A DNA stretch of 64,000 bases, taken from positions 364 to 64,363 of the forward strand of contig JAGVVD010000038.1 in assembly GCA_019135865.1 (NCBI GenBank), in the 5' to 3' direction. Every line of letters begins with the position of its first letter. The first letter of the stretch is position 1. This document shows, piece after piece, positions 51,844 through 60,405 of the stretch. Source of the DNA: Elusimicrobiota bacterium. Lineage in GTDB: Bacteria; Elusimicrobiota; Elusimicrobia; Elusimicrobiales; UBA9959. The position numbers and the translations under genes are program-made. The notes beneath the pieces were generated by a model. The model was not told where the DNA came from and made no database searches. It saw nothing but the letters and a program-made list of their open reading frames with translations.

Positions 51844-52422
51844 ATGGACGTGAAAGAAGCTATAGCGAAAAGGCGGGCTTACCGGGCGCTGGGGCCCGTG
51901 GAGATCACCGACGGGCTGATGAGGGAGCTGGCCGAGGCGGCGCGCCTGATGCCGTCATGCTTCAACAATCAGCCCTGGAAATTCGTTTTCGTGCGGTCGC
52001 CGGAAGCGCTGGCGAGGGTGCACGTCTGCCTCAGCAGGAACAACGACTGGGTGAAGGGCGCGTCGCTGATAATAGCGGCCTTCGCCGCCAGGGACCGCGA
52101 CTGCGTGGTCAAAGGAAGGGAGTATTATCTCTTCGATCTGGGACAGGCCGTCGGGGCCGTGCAGCTGCGCGCGACGGAACTCGGCCTGGTGGCCCACCCG
52201 ATAGCCGGTTTCGACGGCGAAGCCGTCCGCGCGACCCTCGGCATCCCCGAGGGCAACACGGTCATCACCCTGGTCAATGTCGGCAAAAAAACGGGGGACA
52301 AGGGCGCGCTGACGCCGCAGCAGGCGGCCGCCGAGGATGAACGGCCGGAAAGGCTGCCGCCCGAGGCCATCTACAGTGTGGACGCCTATGACGAGCGTCT
52401 GGCTGCCGCGCCAGACAGGTAA
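51844..52422 (+). CDS. nitroreductase family protein
   Basis: AIAKRRAYRA...SCFNNQPWKFVFV.... ATG 51844 has SD ggagggaggg. Confidence 0.85.
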   Translation: MDVKEAIAKRRAYRALGPVEITDGLMRELAEAARLMPSCFNNQPWKFVFVRSPEALARVHVCLSRNNDWVKGASLIIAAFAARDRDCVVKGREYYLFDLGQAVGAVQLRATELGLVAHPIAGFDGEAVRATLGIPEGNTVITLVNVGKKTGDKGALTPQQAAAEDERPERLPPEAIYSVDAYDERLAAAPDR

Positions 52423-52438
52423 GCCGGCACGGTTCCCC

Positions 52439-52474
52439 AAAAAAAAGCCCCCCGGGCGACGGGGGGCTTTTTTT
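52439..52474. terminator. bidirectional terminator
   Basis: aaaaaaaagccccccg-ggcga-cggggggcttttttt. Confidence 0.75.
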
Positions 52475-52490
52475 ATATGCCGCTCCGGTA

Positions 52491-53450
52491 TCAGTTGAGG
52501 CCGGAGAGCGACTCGAGCAGCTGGTAGGCGGGGAAGTTGCCGGCCACCTGGTAGTCCGGGTCGTCCACGCGCAGCGCCAGTTCGGGCAGGCTCCGCGACG
52601 GGATCGTGGCGGTGATGGCCGAGAGCTTGGTCACGTCCTCGCCGCGGCAACCGTCGGAGGCGCAGACATTGGAGACGCGGCAGTTGCCCTTCCAGACATA
52701 GTCGTTCGCGCCGCGCACCAGTATACCCTCGATGACGCGGGTCCTGGCGTTGAATACCGCGGAGCCGGAGTTGCCGCCGTAAGTGTCGAGGTTGGCCACG
52801 AAGTAGCCATTGGGCGAGGAGTCGCGCACCGTGGCGCCGCCCGCGATCTTGGTGGGCAGGCCGGCCGGGTGGCCGATGACCAGCAGCGGGTCGCCGTTCT
52901 TGAGCGTGTCGGCGGTGTTATACTTGAGCACGGCGTGGTTGGCCACGGGCCTGTCGAGCTTGATCAGGGCCCAGTCGGCGCCGGTGCCGACTTCCTCGCG
53001 GCCTATCAGCTGCTTGCAGGAGTAGACCTCGCCGGCGGGCACGCTGTCGGGCATGACGCCGGCCTGCCTGACCGCGAAGCCGAAGACGAACTTGGTCCCG
53101 GCGCAGGCGGACTCGCTCCTGACGCAGTGGCCGGCCGTCATGATGACGTCCGGGGCCACGAGCGAACCGGAGCAGAAGGCGCCGTTGACCTGGTCGTAGA
53201 AGGGCTCTTCCTTACAGAGGCTGTAGCCCTGCGCGTAGGAGCGGGTGTTGAGCCTGGCGGTGGCGCCGTCGATGGTCACGTCGGCCGCCTTGAACAGGCC
53301 CACGGTGGAATCGGCCAGCTTGAGCAGGGACTGGTCGGCGACCTGGTAGAGGTCGAACCTGTCGTCCGCGCCGTAGATGACCTTGTCGTTGGCGAAAGCG
53401 CCGGCGGAGAAGGCCGCGAGCGCGAGTACGGTGATGAGAGCTTTTTTCAT
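52491..53450 (-). CDS. secreted trypsin-like (S1) serine protease
   Basis: Signal peptide, TAGHCV (His), DWALIKL (Asp) and GNSGSAVF (Ser). SD aggagg. Confidence 0.85.
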   Translation of the reverse strand: MKKALITVLALAAFSAGAFANDKVIYGADDRFDLYQVADQSLLKLADSTVGLFKAADVTIDGATARLNTRSYAQGYSLCKEEPFYDQVNGAFCSGSLVAPDVIMTAGHCVRSESACAGTKFVFGFAVRQAGVMPDSVPAGEVYSCKQLIGREEVGTGADWALIKLDRPVANHAVLKYNTADTLKNGDPLLVIGHPAGLPTKIAGGATVRDSSPNGYFVANLDTYGGNSGSAVFNARTRVIEGILVRGANDYVWKGNCRVSNVCASDGCRGEDVTKLSAITATIPSRSLPELALRVDDPDYQVAGNFPAYQLLESLSGLN

Positions 53451-53476
53451 GCAGTTCCTCCTGCTTTATTGCTGAC

Positions 53477-53495
53477 TAATGTCAATTTGACATTA
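53477..53495. promoter_or_regulatory. perfect 19-bp palindrome (9-bp arms) upstream of the protease gene
   Basis: TAATGTCAA-T-TTGACATTA. A third TGTCAA lies at about 53509. Confidence 0.5.
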
Positions 53496-53558
53496 ATCTA
53501 TTGAGTATTGTCAAGAAGTTTTTTCCCGAAAGGCCTACGCGGGTATGGGCAGGGGGGC

Positions 53559-54386
53559 CTATTCGTCGGCCATGGCGCGGAAACCGCAGCCGGCGCAGTG
53601 GGCGGGCATGGGGCCGCGTCCGGCTATGGAGGCGCGCAGGGCGGCGGCCTCCGGCGAGGAGAGTATCTCCGCCAGGGGCTTCTCCCGCAGGTCGCCCAAG
53701 GCCATGGCCCCGTCGCAATCTATGCAGCAGGGGACCACCCGGAGGTCGGAGAGGACGGCGAAATGATGGCGCAGACCCAGGCAGCCGGTCTTGCCGCCCC
53801 CCGGCCCGGAGCCGGGCCAGGAGAACAGGCCTCCGCCGGCGAAAAAGGTGCGCTCCGCCAGCTTCAGTCGCCGCTTGCCCGGGTCGGGGGCGTAACCGGG
53901 GAAGGCGGCCAGCAGCGCCGACCTGGCGGCCAGGCTGAAAGGATCGTCCGCGCCGCGAAGCCGGAACACCACGGTCAGCGCCGGCGGCCTGGAGCGGGCG
54001 AAGTCTATGAGCCTGCCCAGGGCCTCTTCCCATTTTTCGGGCGGCAGGGCCGAGAGGGCCTGGAGGGAGGGAGAGACCTGCGCCAGGCAGGGTTCGCGGA
54101 ATATCCCGGGCCCGAAACGGTCTATGAGCGTGCCGTTGGTCACCAGAGTGACTTTCAGCCCCAGTTCCGATGCCGCCGACAGGATGGCCGGGAATTCCGG
54201 GTGCAGCATCGGTTCCCCGAGAACGTGGAGGAAGACGCCGCCGGCCAGCGGCTTCACCTGGACGGCGACGGAGCGGAACTCGTCCGGGGTCATGACCCGC
54301 GGCGGGCGGGTCGAGCGCGCGCAGAAGGAGCAGGAGAGGTTGCACCTGTTGGTTATTTCTATGAAAGCCCGCCGGAACCTTGCCAT
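53559..54386 (-). CDS. radical SAM / SPASM-like domain protein
   Basis: CNLSCSFC (CxxxCxxC). C-terminal cysteines are VPCCIDCDG...HCAGCGF. Confidence 0.85.
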   Translation of the reverse strand: MARFRRAFIEITNRCNLSCSFCARSTRPPRVMTPDEFRSVAVQVKPLAGGVFLHVLGEPMLHPEFPAILSAASELGLKVTLVTNGTLIDRFGPGIFREPCLAQVSPSLQALSALPPEKWEEALGRLIDFARSRPPALTVVFRLRGADDPFSLAARSALLAAFPGYAPDPGKRRLKLAERTFFAGGGLFSWPGSGPGGGKTGCLGLRHHFAVLSDLRVVPCCIDCDGAMALGDLREKPLAEILSSPEAAALRASIAGRGPMPAHCAGCGFRAMADE

Positions 54387-54530
54387 AGCAGGATAATTCT
54401 ATGTTTTTAGTTGACCGCGGTCATAGGCCTCCGGTCCTACGAAAGAGAGGGACTAAAGTCTCTTATGGAGAATGTCTTAATATTCGTAAGATTTTACCGT
54501 TCGGTCAAATTCTGTCAGGGGGTTCTACTG

Positions 54531-55646
54531 ATGATGAAAGTTATAGCCTTTTCCGTCCTCGCCGGCCTGGCCGGCCAGGGCTGGTGCTCGGAGATAGAGA
54601 ACCTGCGCGCGCAGGGACTGCCCGACGCCGGCAGCATAATGGCGCAGATACAACAGCAGCCGCCGCAGTTCCCGCAGCCGACGCCCGCCGCGCTGGAGAT
54701 GTGCGTCTTCAGCGAGTTCAGGAACAATAAGTGCTATTTCAAGTGCGAGAGCGGCGCCACGCTGATGGAGCCGGCCGTCAGGCCGGACTTCAGCTCCGGC
54801 GAGCCGGCCGGCGCCTGCGCCACCCATATCTTCAGGCCGGCGCCGTCGCCTTTCGCCGCGTTCCCCAAGTACATAAGCTCCTCGGACCTGCGCGATCTGC
54901 TGCGCGATCCGAACCCCGAGGTCCGCAAGGCCGCGGTGAAGGCTTCCCGCGGCTATATCGGCAACAGCTACGCCCTGGACCCGGTGCTCGACATCCTCGG
55001 CAACGGCAATGAGCGGACCGATATACGCGTGGAGGCGGCCCGGGTCCTTTCCTACGCCACCGGCCATTCCAGGGTCAGGGACGAGCTCGAAGAGGCCATA
55101 CGTTTCGGCAATGAACCGCGCGAACTTCGCGTGATGGCCTATAAGGCCCTCTGGTCCGCTACCGGACATTCCCGCGTGCAGGACCTGCTCATGGACGCCG
55201 TCAGGTACGGCGAGAAGGACCGCGACGCCCGCCGCGCGGCCATCTGGGCGCTGTTCTCCGCCTCGCCCAATTCCCGGCCGCAGGACGTCCTTGCGGACGT
55301 GCTCCGCTCCCGCAACGAGGAGGAGGCGACGCGCATAGAAGCCCTCAAGAGTCTCTATAACGCGATGGGTAATTCCCGGGTCAGGGACCTCGTGATGGAC
55401 CTGGTGCGCGACTCCAACGAGCGCAAGCCGGTGCGCCTGGCCGCCATAAAGGCGCTTTCCGCGGCCAACGGCGATTCCCGCGTGAAGAGCCTGCTCGAGG
55501 ATATCATGGAGCGCGCTTCCGACCCCGAGTTCCGCACGGCGGCCATCGCCGCGGCGGCCCCGGAACCGGCGGACATACGGGAGTATTTCCACCTGGGCTG
55601 GAAAATGGAGAACGGCGCCTTCGTAAGCCCCATAGAAAAAGAGTAA
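54531..55646 (+). CDS. secreted HEAT-repeat (PBS-lyase-type) protein
   Basis: Signal MMKVIAFSVLAGLAG. At least 6 repeats of about 36 aa, of the form R..A..AL....G.SRV.D.L. Confidence 0.75.
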   Translation: MMKVIAFSVLAGLAGQGWCSEIENLRAQGLPDAGSIMAQIQQQPPQFPQPTPAALEMCVFSEFRNNKCYFKCESGATLMEPAVRPDFSSGEPAGACATHIFRPAPSPFAAFPKYISSSDLRDLLRDPNPEVRKAAVKASRGYIGNSYALDPVLDILGNGNERTDIRVEAARVLSYATGHSRVRDELEEAIRFGNEPRELRVMAYKALWSATGHSRVQDLLMDAVRYGEKDRDARRAAIWALFSASPNSRPQDVLADVLRSRNEEEATRIEALKSLYNAMGNSRVRDLVMDLVRDSNERKPVRLAAIKALSAANGDSRVKSLLEDIMERASDPEFRTAAIAAAAPEPADIREYFHLGWKMENGAFVSPIEKE

Positions 55647-55667
55647 GGCCGGCGCGGTCTCCTTGCG

Positions 55668-55698
55668 AGCCCCGGGAAAAGTCCCGGGGCTCTTTTTT
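55668..55698 (+). terminator. rho-independent terminator
   Basis: gagccccggga-aaag-tcccggggctc followed by tttttt. Confidence 0.7.
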
Positions 55699-55715
55699 AT
55701 ATATTTGGTCGATGT

Positions 55716-55764
55716 GTGACTTTTGTGACTTTTATTGACTTTGCGATAAAACTGTTGCTAGAAT
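55716..55764 (+). promoter_or_regulatory. three tandem 9-bp repeats merging into a TTGACT-18-TAGAAT promoter for the LuxR gene
   Basis: GTGACTTTT GTGACTTTT ATTGACTTT(55716-55742). -35 TTGACT at 55735-55740 and -10 TAGAAT at 55759-55764. Confidence 0.5.
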
Positions 55765-55845
55765 CTTGAACGGGGAGGGGAACGATCCGCGAGCGGCGCT
55801 CGCCGGCGACCGGGCCCGCCCGTATCAGGCTTTCAGGGAGGGGTC

Positions 55846-56301
55846 ATGAATTTCAGGCATTCAAGGTCCGCGGCGGCCGCCGCCGCCGGCAGGTCGGGCG
55901 CCGGGCTCGGCGCGCTGATAATGAAACTCGATTCCCTGCTTTTTCTGGCCTCCGCGGAGGCGGGGTCCCCCGAAAAAGTCAAGCCCAGGCTGGCGGAGGC
56001 CCGTTCGGCCCTGGGGGAACTTTTCTCGGCCTGCGAGCGGCTGGACCCCTCGACGGCCCGGGTCCATGCCGGGACGCCCTCCCGTTCCGGGGCGGGAAGG
56101 ACCGGCCGCCTCACCCCCAAGGAGAAGGAGATAATAGTCCTTATAGCCCGGGGCCGGGCCGACAAGGAACTGGCCCGCGAACTCGGCGTTTCCGTCAATA
56201 CCATACACGCGCACCGCAATAATATAGCCCGCAAACTGGACATACATAAGCAGACGGACCTGGTGCGCTTCGCCATAAAGGAGAAGCTCGTCAGGGTCTG
56301 A
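55846..56301 (+). CDS. LuxR/GerE-family HTH regulator with an uncharacterised N-terminal region
   Basis: LTPKEKEIIVLIARGRADKELARELGVSVNTIHAHRNNIARKL. Confidence 0.85.
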   Translation: MNFRHSRSAAAAAAGRSGAGLGALIMKLDSLLFLASAEAGSPEKVKPRLAEARSALGELFSACERLDPSTARVHAGTPSRSGAGRTGRLTPKEKEIIVLIARGRADKELARELGVSVNTIHAHRNNIARKLDIHKQTDLVRFAIKEKLVRV

Positions 56302-56488
56302 CCGTTACGCTTTAGTCATTAACGGCTAGATATATTTTCAGCGCGAAATAGCCCTTTACGGCGATTCCATTCATGCCGGAGTAAAAGTAGCATCTTTATC
56401 GGGGGTAGGGGGAAGTTAAAAAGCAGTCTGCCGGGAACGGGTCCCTCAGCCGGGGACCGATGCGCCGTCCGCGCCGCGGGGGACGGGA

Positions 56489-56719
56489 TCAGATCAGGCC
56501 CTTGTAATTGAGGACGAACAGCAGCATCAGCAGTACCGCGAGTATACCGCACCAGAAAAGGATATTACCGATCAGCCGGCCGGCCCTGGCGCCACGGGGG
56601 GGCGCCTGGCCGGCTTCCGTTTTGGGGAATTTCCTGAGCAACAGGCGGCCCGCCACGATCGGCGCGAGCGGGATGGCGGCCAGCAGCAGCAGTTCGAGCA
56701 GGGCTTTGAAGTCGCTCAT
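56489..56719 (-). CDS. small 2-TM membrane protein
   Basis: MSDFKALLELLLLAAIPLAPIV.... The start overlaps the upstream stop (ATGA coupling). Confidence 0.5.
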   Translation of the reverse strand: MSDFKALLELLLLAAIPLAPIVAGRLLLRKFPKTEAGQAPPRGARAGRLIGNILFWCGILAVLLMLLFVLNYKGLI

Positions 56720-57621
56720 GGTTCCACTTCCGCCCCGTTGATATAGCATGCCCTGACTCCCGCGACATAGCCGGGACTGGTGGCCTCTTCCCTGCCGAGC
56801 AGGTGGCTGACGCCCGGCAGGCGTTCCGGCACGAGGCCGAAGGTGCGGTAGCCGCAGACCTTGGTCCCGCGCAATTCAAGGCTGGTATCCTGGGCCAGGT
56901 CCTTGTTCCACGCGTCTTCCCAGAATTCGCGCGCCTCCCGCGCGTCCACGCCGTTGAGACGGTCGCTGAAATAGGGGAGGCTGAAATAGACCAGGCGGCG
57001 GGTGATGGTCGAGAGCCCGAAAAAAGGATTAAAGCTCGTACGCGTGCCCACGGAGGAAGTATTGCAGCCGGAGAAATCCAGTGTGGCGCCGGGGGCCATT
57101 TTTCCCCTGAGCAGTTCCCCCGCATCTTCAGACCCGAGGCCGTAGGCCGGGTCCACAGTCTGATAGCCCGGCGCGCCGTGGCCGTAGAACTGGATGTAGG
57201 TTATGGACCCGTCCGGCAGTTTTCGTATGGCGGCCGCCGCGTCGGCGCCTTTCCTGAAGGTCAGGGGCTCCGAGGACCCGCGGACATGGATGGTCACGCC
57301 ATGCGCCCCCGTGGACTTCTCCTCCGCCGCGCCGGAAGAGGCCGCCTTGTTCGAGCTCACGGGAGGGGGCGTGACAGGCACGGACTTGGGCTGGGGGGCG
57401 GTGTACTGTACCGGCTGGCTGCGCGACGGCGCTATGTCCATCTCCGGCGCGCCGGAGCCCCGGCCGGCATTGTCGTAGAATTCGGCCAGGTCCTGCATCC
57501 CCATCTCCCCGCCGGCGGGTACGTCGTCGGCGATAGTGGCCGGGGACGGAGGGGCCTCCGTCTCCGCCGAAAGGGCGGCCGCCGGCGGCAGGACCAGCGC
57601 CAGTACCAGGAACTTAAGCAT
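56716..57621 (-). CDS. secreted protein with a DUF4347-like HG...C pattern
   Basis: Signal MLKFLVLALVLPPAAALSA. YIQFYGHGAPGY...ATLDFSGCNTSS. Promoter TTGACA-16-TAAACT ends 8 nt upstream of the ATG. Confidence 0.6.
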   Translation of the reverse strand: MLKFLVLALVLPPAAALSAETEAPPSPATIADDVPAGGEMGMQDLAEFYDNAGRGSGAPEMDIAPSRSQPVQYTAPQPKSVPVTPPPVSSNKAASSGAAEEKSTGAHGVTIHVRGSSEPLTFRKGADAAAAIRKLPDGSITYIQFYGHGAPGYQTVDPAYGLGSEDAGELLRGKMAPGATLDFSGCNTSSVGTRTSFNPFFGLSTITRRLVYFSLPYFSDRLNGVDAREAREFWEDAWNKDLAQDTSLELRGTKVCGYRTFGLVPERLPGVSHLLGREEATSPGYVAGVRACYINGAEVEP

Positions 57622-57679
57622 AGCGATATAGTTTACCCTGTCCCCCGTCATTGTCAAGGGCCCCGGAGGAGGCCGGATG

Positions 57680-58279
57680 TCAGCGATACCGCCGCAGGAG
57701 CAGCAGCGCCGCCCTGTAGACGGCGTAGGAAGCCAGAAGGAAGAGCCCCAGGTTGAAAGCGGGGCGGGCGCGGGGTATGGCGAGCGATATGACGATCACC
57801 GCGCAGGAGACCGGCAGCAGCAGGTAGTCGAAGAAACCCCTTACCAGAGGGCCGGGCCTGTAGCCGGCGGCGCGGGCGGGCCTGTCGGCAGCCAGCAGGG
57901 AGAGGGTGTAGATCTTTTTCAGCAGGGGCCCGGCGTCCGGGTCCTTTTCGGCCCGGGCTTTGAATTCCCGCGCGAGTTCGTCCAGGCGGCCCGCTTTGAA
58001 GCCGGCCGTTATGAGCCTGTCCGCCGCTTCCGGGTCCAGGGTCCCGCCGGAGCCGGAGCGCCTGGCCGCCTCCATCGCCAGCACATAGAACTGGGTCTCG
58101 CCGGCGTCGCCCCTGGCCATGAAAGCCCTGTAAAGGCCCAGCCGGGCCGCGGCCGAGGAGGGGGAGAGCTTCAGAACGGCGTTGAAATTGCTTATCGCGG
58201 CGGCGGCGTCGCCTTCGCCCAGGCAGCGCCTGCCCGCCTCCAGCAGTTTCTCTTCGTCCGCCGCGCCCTCGCCGGTCAT
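57680..58279 (-). CDS. TPR-like protein with C-terminal TM helices
   Basis: MTGEGAADEEKLLEAGRRCLGEGD.... The start overlaps the stop of the upstream pilin-like gene. Confidence 0.55.
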   Translation of the reverse strand: MTGEGAADEEKLLEAGRRCLGEGDAAAAISNFNAVLKLSPSSAAARLGLYRAFMARGDAGETQFYVLAMEAARRSGSGGTLDPEAADRLITAGFKAGRLDELAREFKARAEKDPDAGPLLKKIYTLSLLAADRPARAAGYRPGPLVRGFFDYLLLPVSCAVIVISLAIPRARPAFNLGLFLLASYAVYRAALLLLRRYR

Positions 58280-59565
58280 CTCATGTGCCAGGTCACCAGT
58301 ACCGGGCGCTCCGGCAGGCCGGGCGGGGGATTGGTGTTGAGGCCGGTGTCGTAGGTCATCGTGGTGCCGCCGCCGAAACCGCTGGTGGTTATCGGCTTGT
58401 TCCTGGTCCCGTATATGTAAAGCCGTTTCGAGGAGCCGCCGGAGGCGCTGATATTGGCCGAACTGCGGTTGAAGATGACGGCGCAGACGGTGAGGTCCTG
58501 ATCGGTGCCGGAGGTCTTCCCCGTCAGCGTTATGCCGTTGGAAGCTACCAGGGCCATGGAACTGCCGAGCGCGGCGGAGGTGGTGGTCCCGCCGGTGAGC
58601 GGATCGTAATAGAACAGGTCCGAATCGGCCGAGGACTGCCCTACCGTTATCTTTCCCTTGGAGCCGCTGGTATTGGTGGTGGCCACCGTGACCCGGCCCC
58701 GTACCGTGCCGTAGACGGTGAGATTGACGTTGTCGCCCAGCACTATCATCCCGCTCTCCACCACCGGCACGGTTATCGTGGTCCCGATTATGCTGAAGGT
58801 GGAGGAAGAGGGATGGGCGTTGAACCGCAGCGTCCTGTCGGACCCGGATATCCGGTAGGCGTAGTTCGCCTCGTAGTAATCCTCGCGCATCTCCGGATAG
58901 ATCATGTCGCTGGGATAGAAGTTGTAGGCGGTGCCGTCCACGGCGGGAGAGCCGCTCAGCGAGCCGCCGTAGTAAAGGTCGCCGTCGACCCTGACATTGC
59001 CGCCGCTGACGGAGAGATTGCCGCCGACGATCAGCGGCCCGCCTGCGAAGCGCACATTGTCGCCGGTTATGGAGAGGTTGCCTGTTATCCACCATTTGCC
59101 GTAATAGGTGACGTTGTCGGCGCTGATCGTGAAGGCCCCGTTGATCAGCGTGCCGTAGTCGGTCAGGTCCGAGATGAACTGCACGGCGGCGGAAAGTCTC
59201 CTGCCGGCCAGCGGCGCGTCCGGGTCCTTCCCGTACTTCCCCCTGGCCTCTATGTAAAGCGCGTGCGCGGCGGGATAGGCCTCGTAATCCACCTCGGTGA
59301 AGCCGGCCTCGTAAAAGGAGCGGTTCCTGTCGAGCGACGCCGCGTCGTAATGCCCGGCGAAATAATCCTGGGAGAACTGCCGCATGTAGTCGATCATGGC
59401 CTGCGAAGCCAGCGCCGCCGCTTCGCTCTGCTGCCGCTCGCGCATGGAATGGCGCAGGGCCACCCCCGCGTTCCAGGAAAGATAGACGAAGGTCGGCAGC
59501 AGGAAGAGGGACAGCAGTATGACCATCACCAGCCCCATGCCGGGCCGCGAGCGGAGGGGCTTCAT
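58276..59565 (-). CDS. PilX/GspK-like minor pseudopilin with a beta-helix-like repeat region
   Basis: MKPLRSRPGMGLVMVILLSLFLL (no Glu+5). Repeats GNLSITGDNVRFAGGPLIVGGNLSVSGGNVRVDGDLYYGG. Confidence 0.6.
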   Translation of the reverse strand: MKPLRSRPGMGLVMVILLSLFLLPTFVYLSWNAGVALRHSMRERQQSEAAALASQAMIDYMRQFSQDYFAGHYDAASLDRNRSFYEAGFTEVDYEAYPAAHALYIEARGKYGKDPDAPLAGRRLSAAVQFISDLTDYGTLINGAFTISADNVTYYGKWWITGNLSITGDNVRFAGGPLIVGGNLSVSGGNVRVDGDLYYGGSLSGSPAVDGTAYNFYPSDMIYPEMREDYYEANYAYRISGSDRTLRFNAHPSSSTFSIIGTTITVPVVESGMIVLGDNVNLTVYGTVRGRVTVATTNTSGSKGKITVGQSSADSDLFYYDPLTGGTTTSAALGSSMALVASNGITLTGKTSGTDQDLTVCAVIFNRSSANISASGGSSKRLYIYGTRNKPITTSGFGGGTTMTYDTGLNTNPPPGLPERPVLVTWHMR

Positions 59566-60404
59566 CTCCTCCTCCTCAGCGGCAGCAGCGGCGGCGAGAT
59601 ATGCGTGCGCAGGAAGGCGTCCGCCCTGCCGTCGGAATTGTAGTCGCACTCGGCGTAGAGCTCTATGGTCGTGACGTACTTGAGCTCGTCCGGGGTGTTT
59701 ATGGACCCGCTGCGGTTGCCGTGCCCGCCCTGGGCCGGCCGGACCCAGTCGATCTCGCGCGCGGTTATCATGCCGTCGCCCTCCCCCGTGTCGTTGGTGG
59801 AGGGCATGCCGTCGTTGCCCAGGTCTATATTGCGGCCCAGGTCCTCCCGCTTGGAGCCCTGCGGGATGAAGGAGAAGGAACTGATGTTCACGCCCAGCCG
59901 CTTCACGGCCGCGGCTCCGCCGTTGTATACGGACGAAAGGTACACCGCGCGCTCGGCCGGGACATAATAGAAGGACCTCATGCAGTCGCGGTTCCCGTCG
60001 TTGTCGTCGTCGTCGTCCTCCAGGTCGTAACCCACCCGCCACTGCTGGCTGGAGGGGAGGGAGAAGCGCTGGGCCGCGTCCCCGTCGTCGTCGGTGTCCT
60101 TCAGGTCGGGGATGCCGTCGCCGTCGCGGTCGCCGGCCGGCGTGTACCAGGGGGCCTCCTCCGAGCCGCAGAGGATGGTGACGGAGGAGGCCGAGACGCC
60201 GGTGAAGGCTACGGCGGGGTGCAGGCCGTCCGAGAGCCGGGAAAATAGCAGCCGCAGCTCGGCCGAGGCCTGTACCTTATGTTCGGCGGTCTTGGCGCTC
60301 TTCATGAAGCCGCCGAAATAGCCGGCGAAAGCGACGATGGCGATGGACATCACCGCCAGGTAGACCATCAGCTCGACAAGGGTGACGCCCTTTCTCAGGC
60401 TCAT
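59562..60404 (-). CDS. type IV pilin-like pseudopilin with thrombospondin-type-3-like Ca-binding Asp repeats
   Basis: MSLRKG|VTLVELMVYLAV prepilin motif. DRDGDGIPDLKDTDDDGD and DDDDDNDGNRD. Confidence 0.75.
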   Translation of the reverse strand: MSLRKGVTLVELMVYLAVMSIAIVAFAGYFGGFMKSAKTAEHKVQASAELRLLFSRLSDGLHPAVAFTGVSASSVTILCGSEEAPWYTPAGDRDGDGIPDLKDTDDDGDAAQRFSLPSSQQWRVGYDLEDDDDDNDGNRDCMRSFYYVPAERAVYLSSVYNGGAAAVKRLGVNISSFSFIPQGSKREDLGRNIDLGNDGMPSTNDTGEGDGMITAREIDWVRPAQGGHGNRSGSINTPDELKYVTTIELYAECDYNSDGRADAFLRTHISPPLLPLRRRR

Positions 60405-60405
60405 A

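Noticed and set aside
58280-59095. N-terminal extensions of track ORFs 57680..59095 and 58276..60042 (also 36953..37852, 33901..34000, 15776..15913 and 54411..54530)
   Set aside because: The upstream parts overlap better-supported genes in other frames or lack coding character. Internal ATGs with a signal peptide, prepilin motif, SD or -10 box give proteins of the expected family length.
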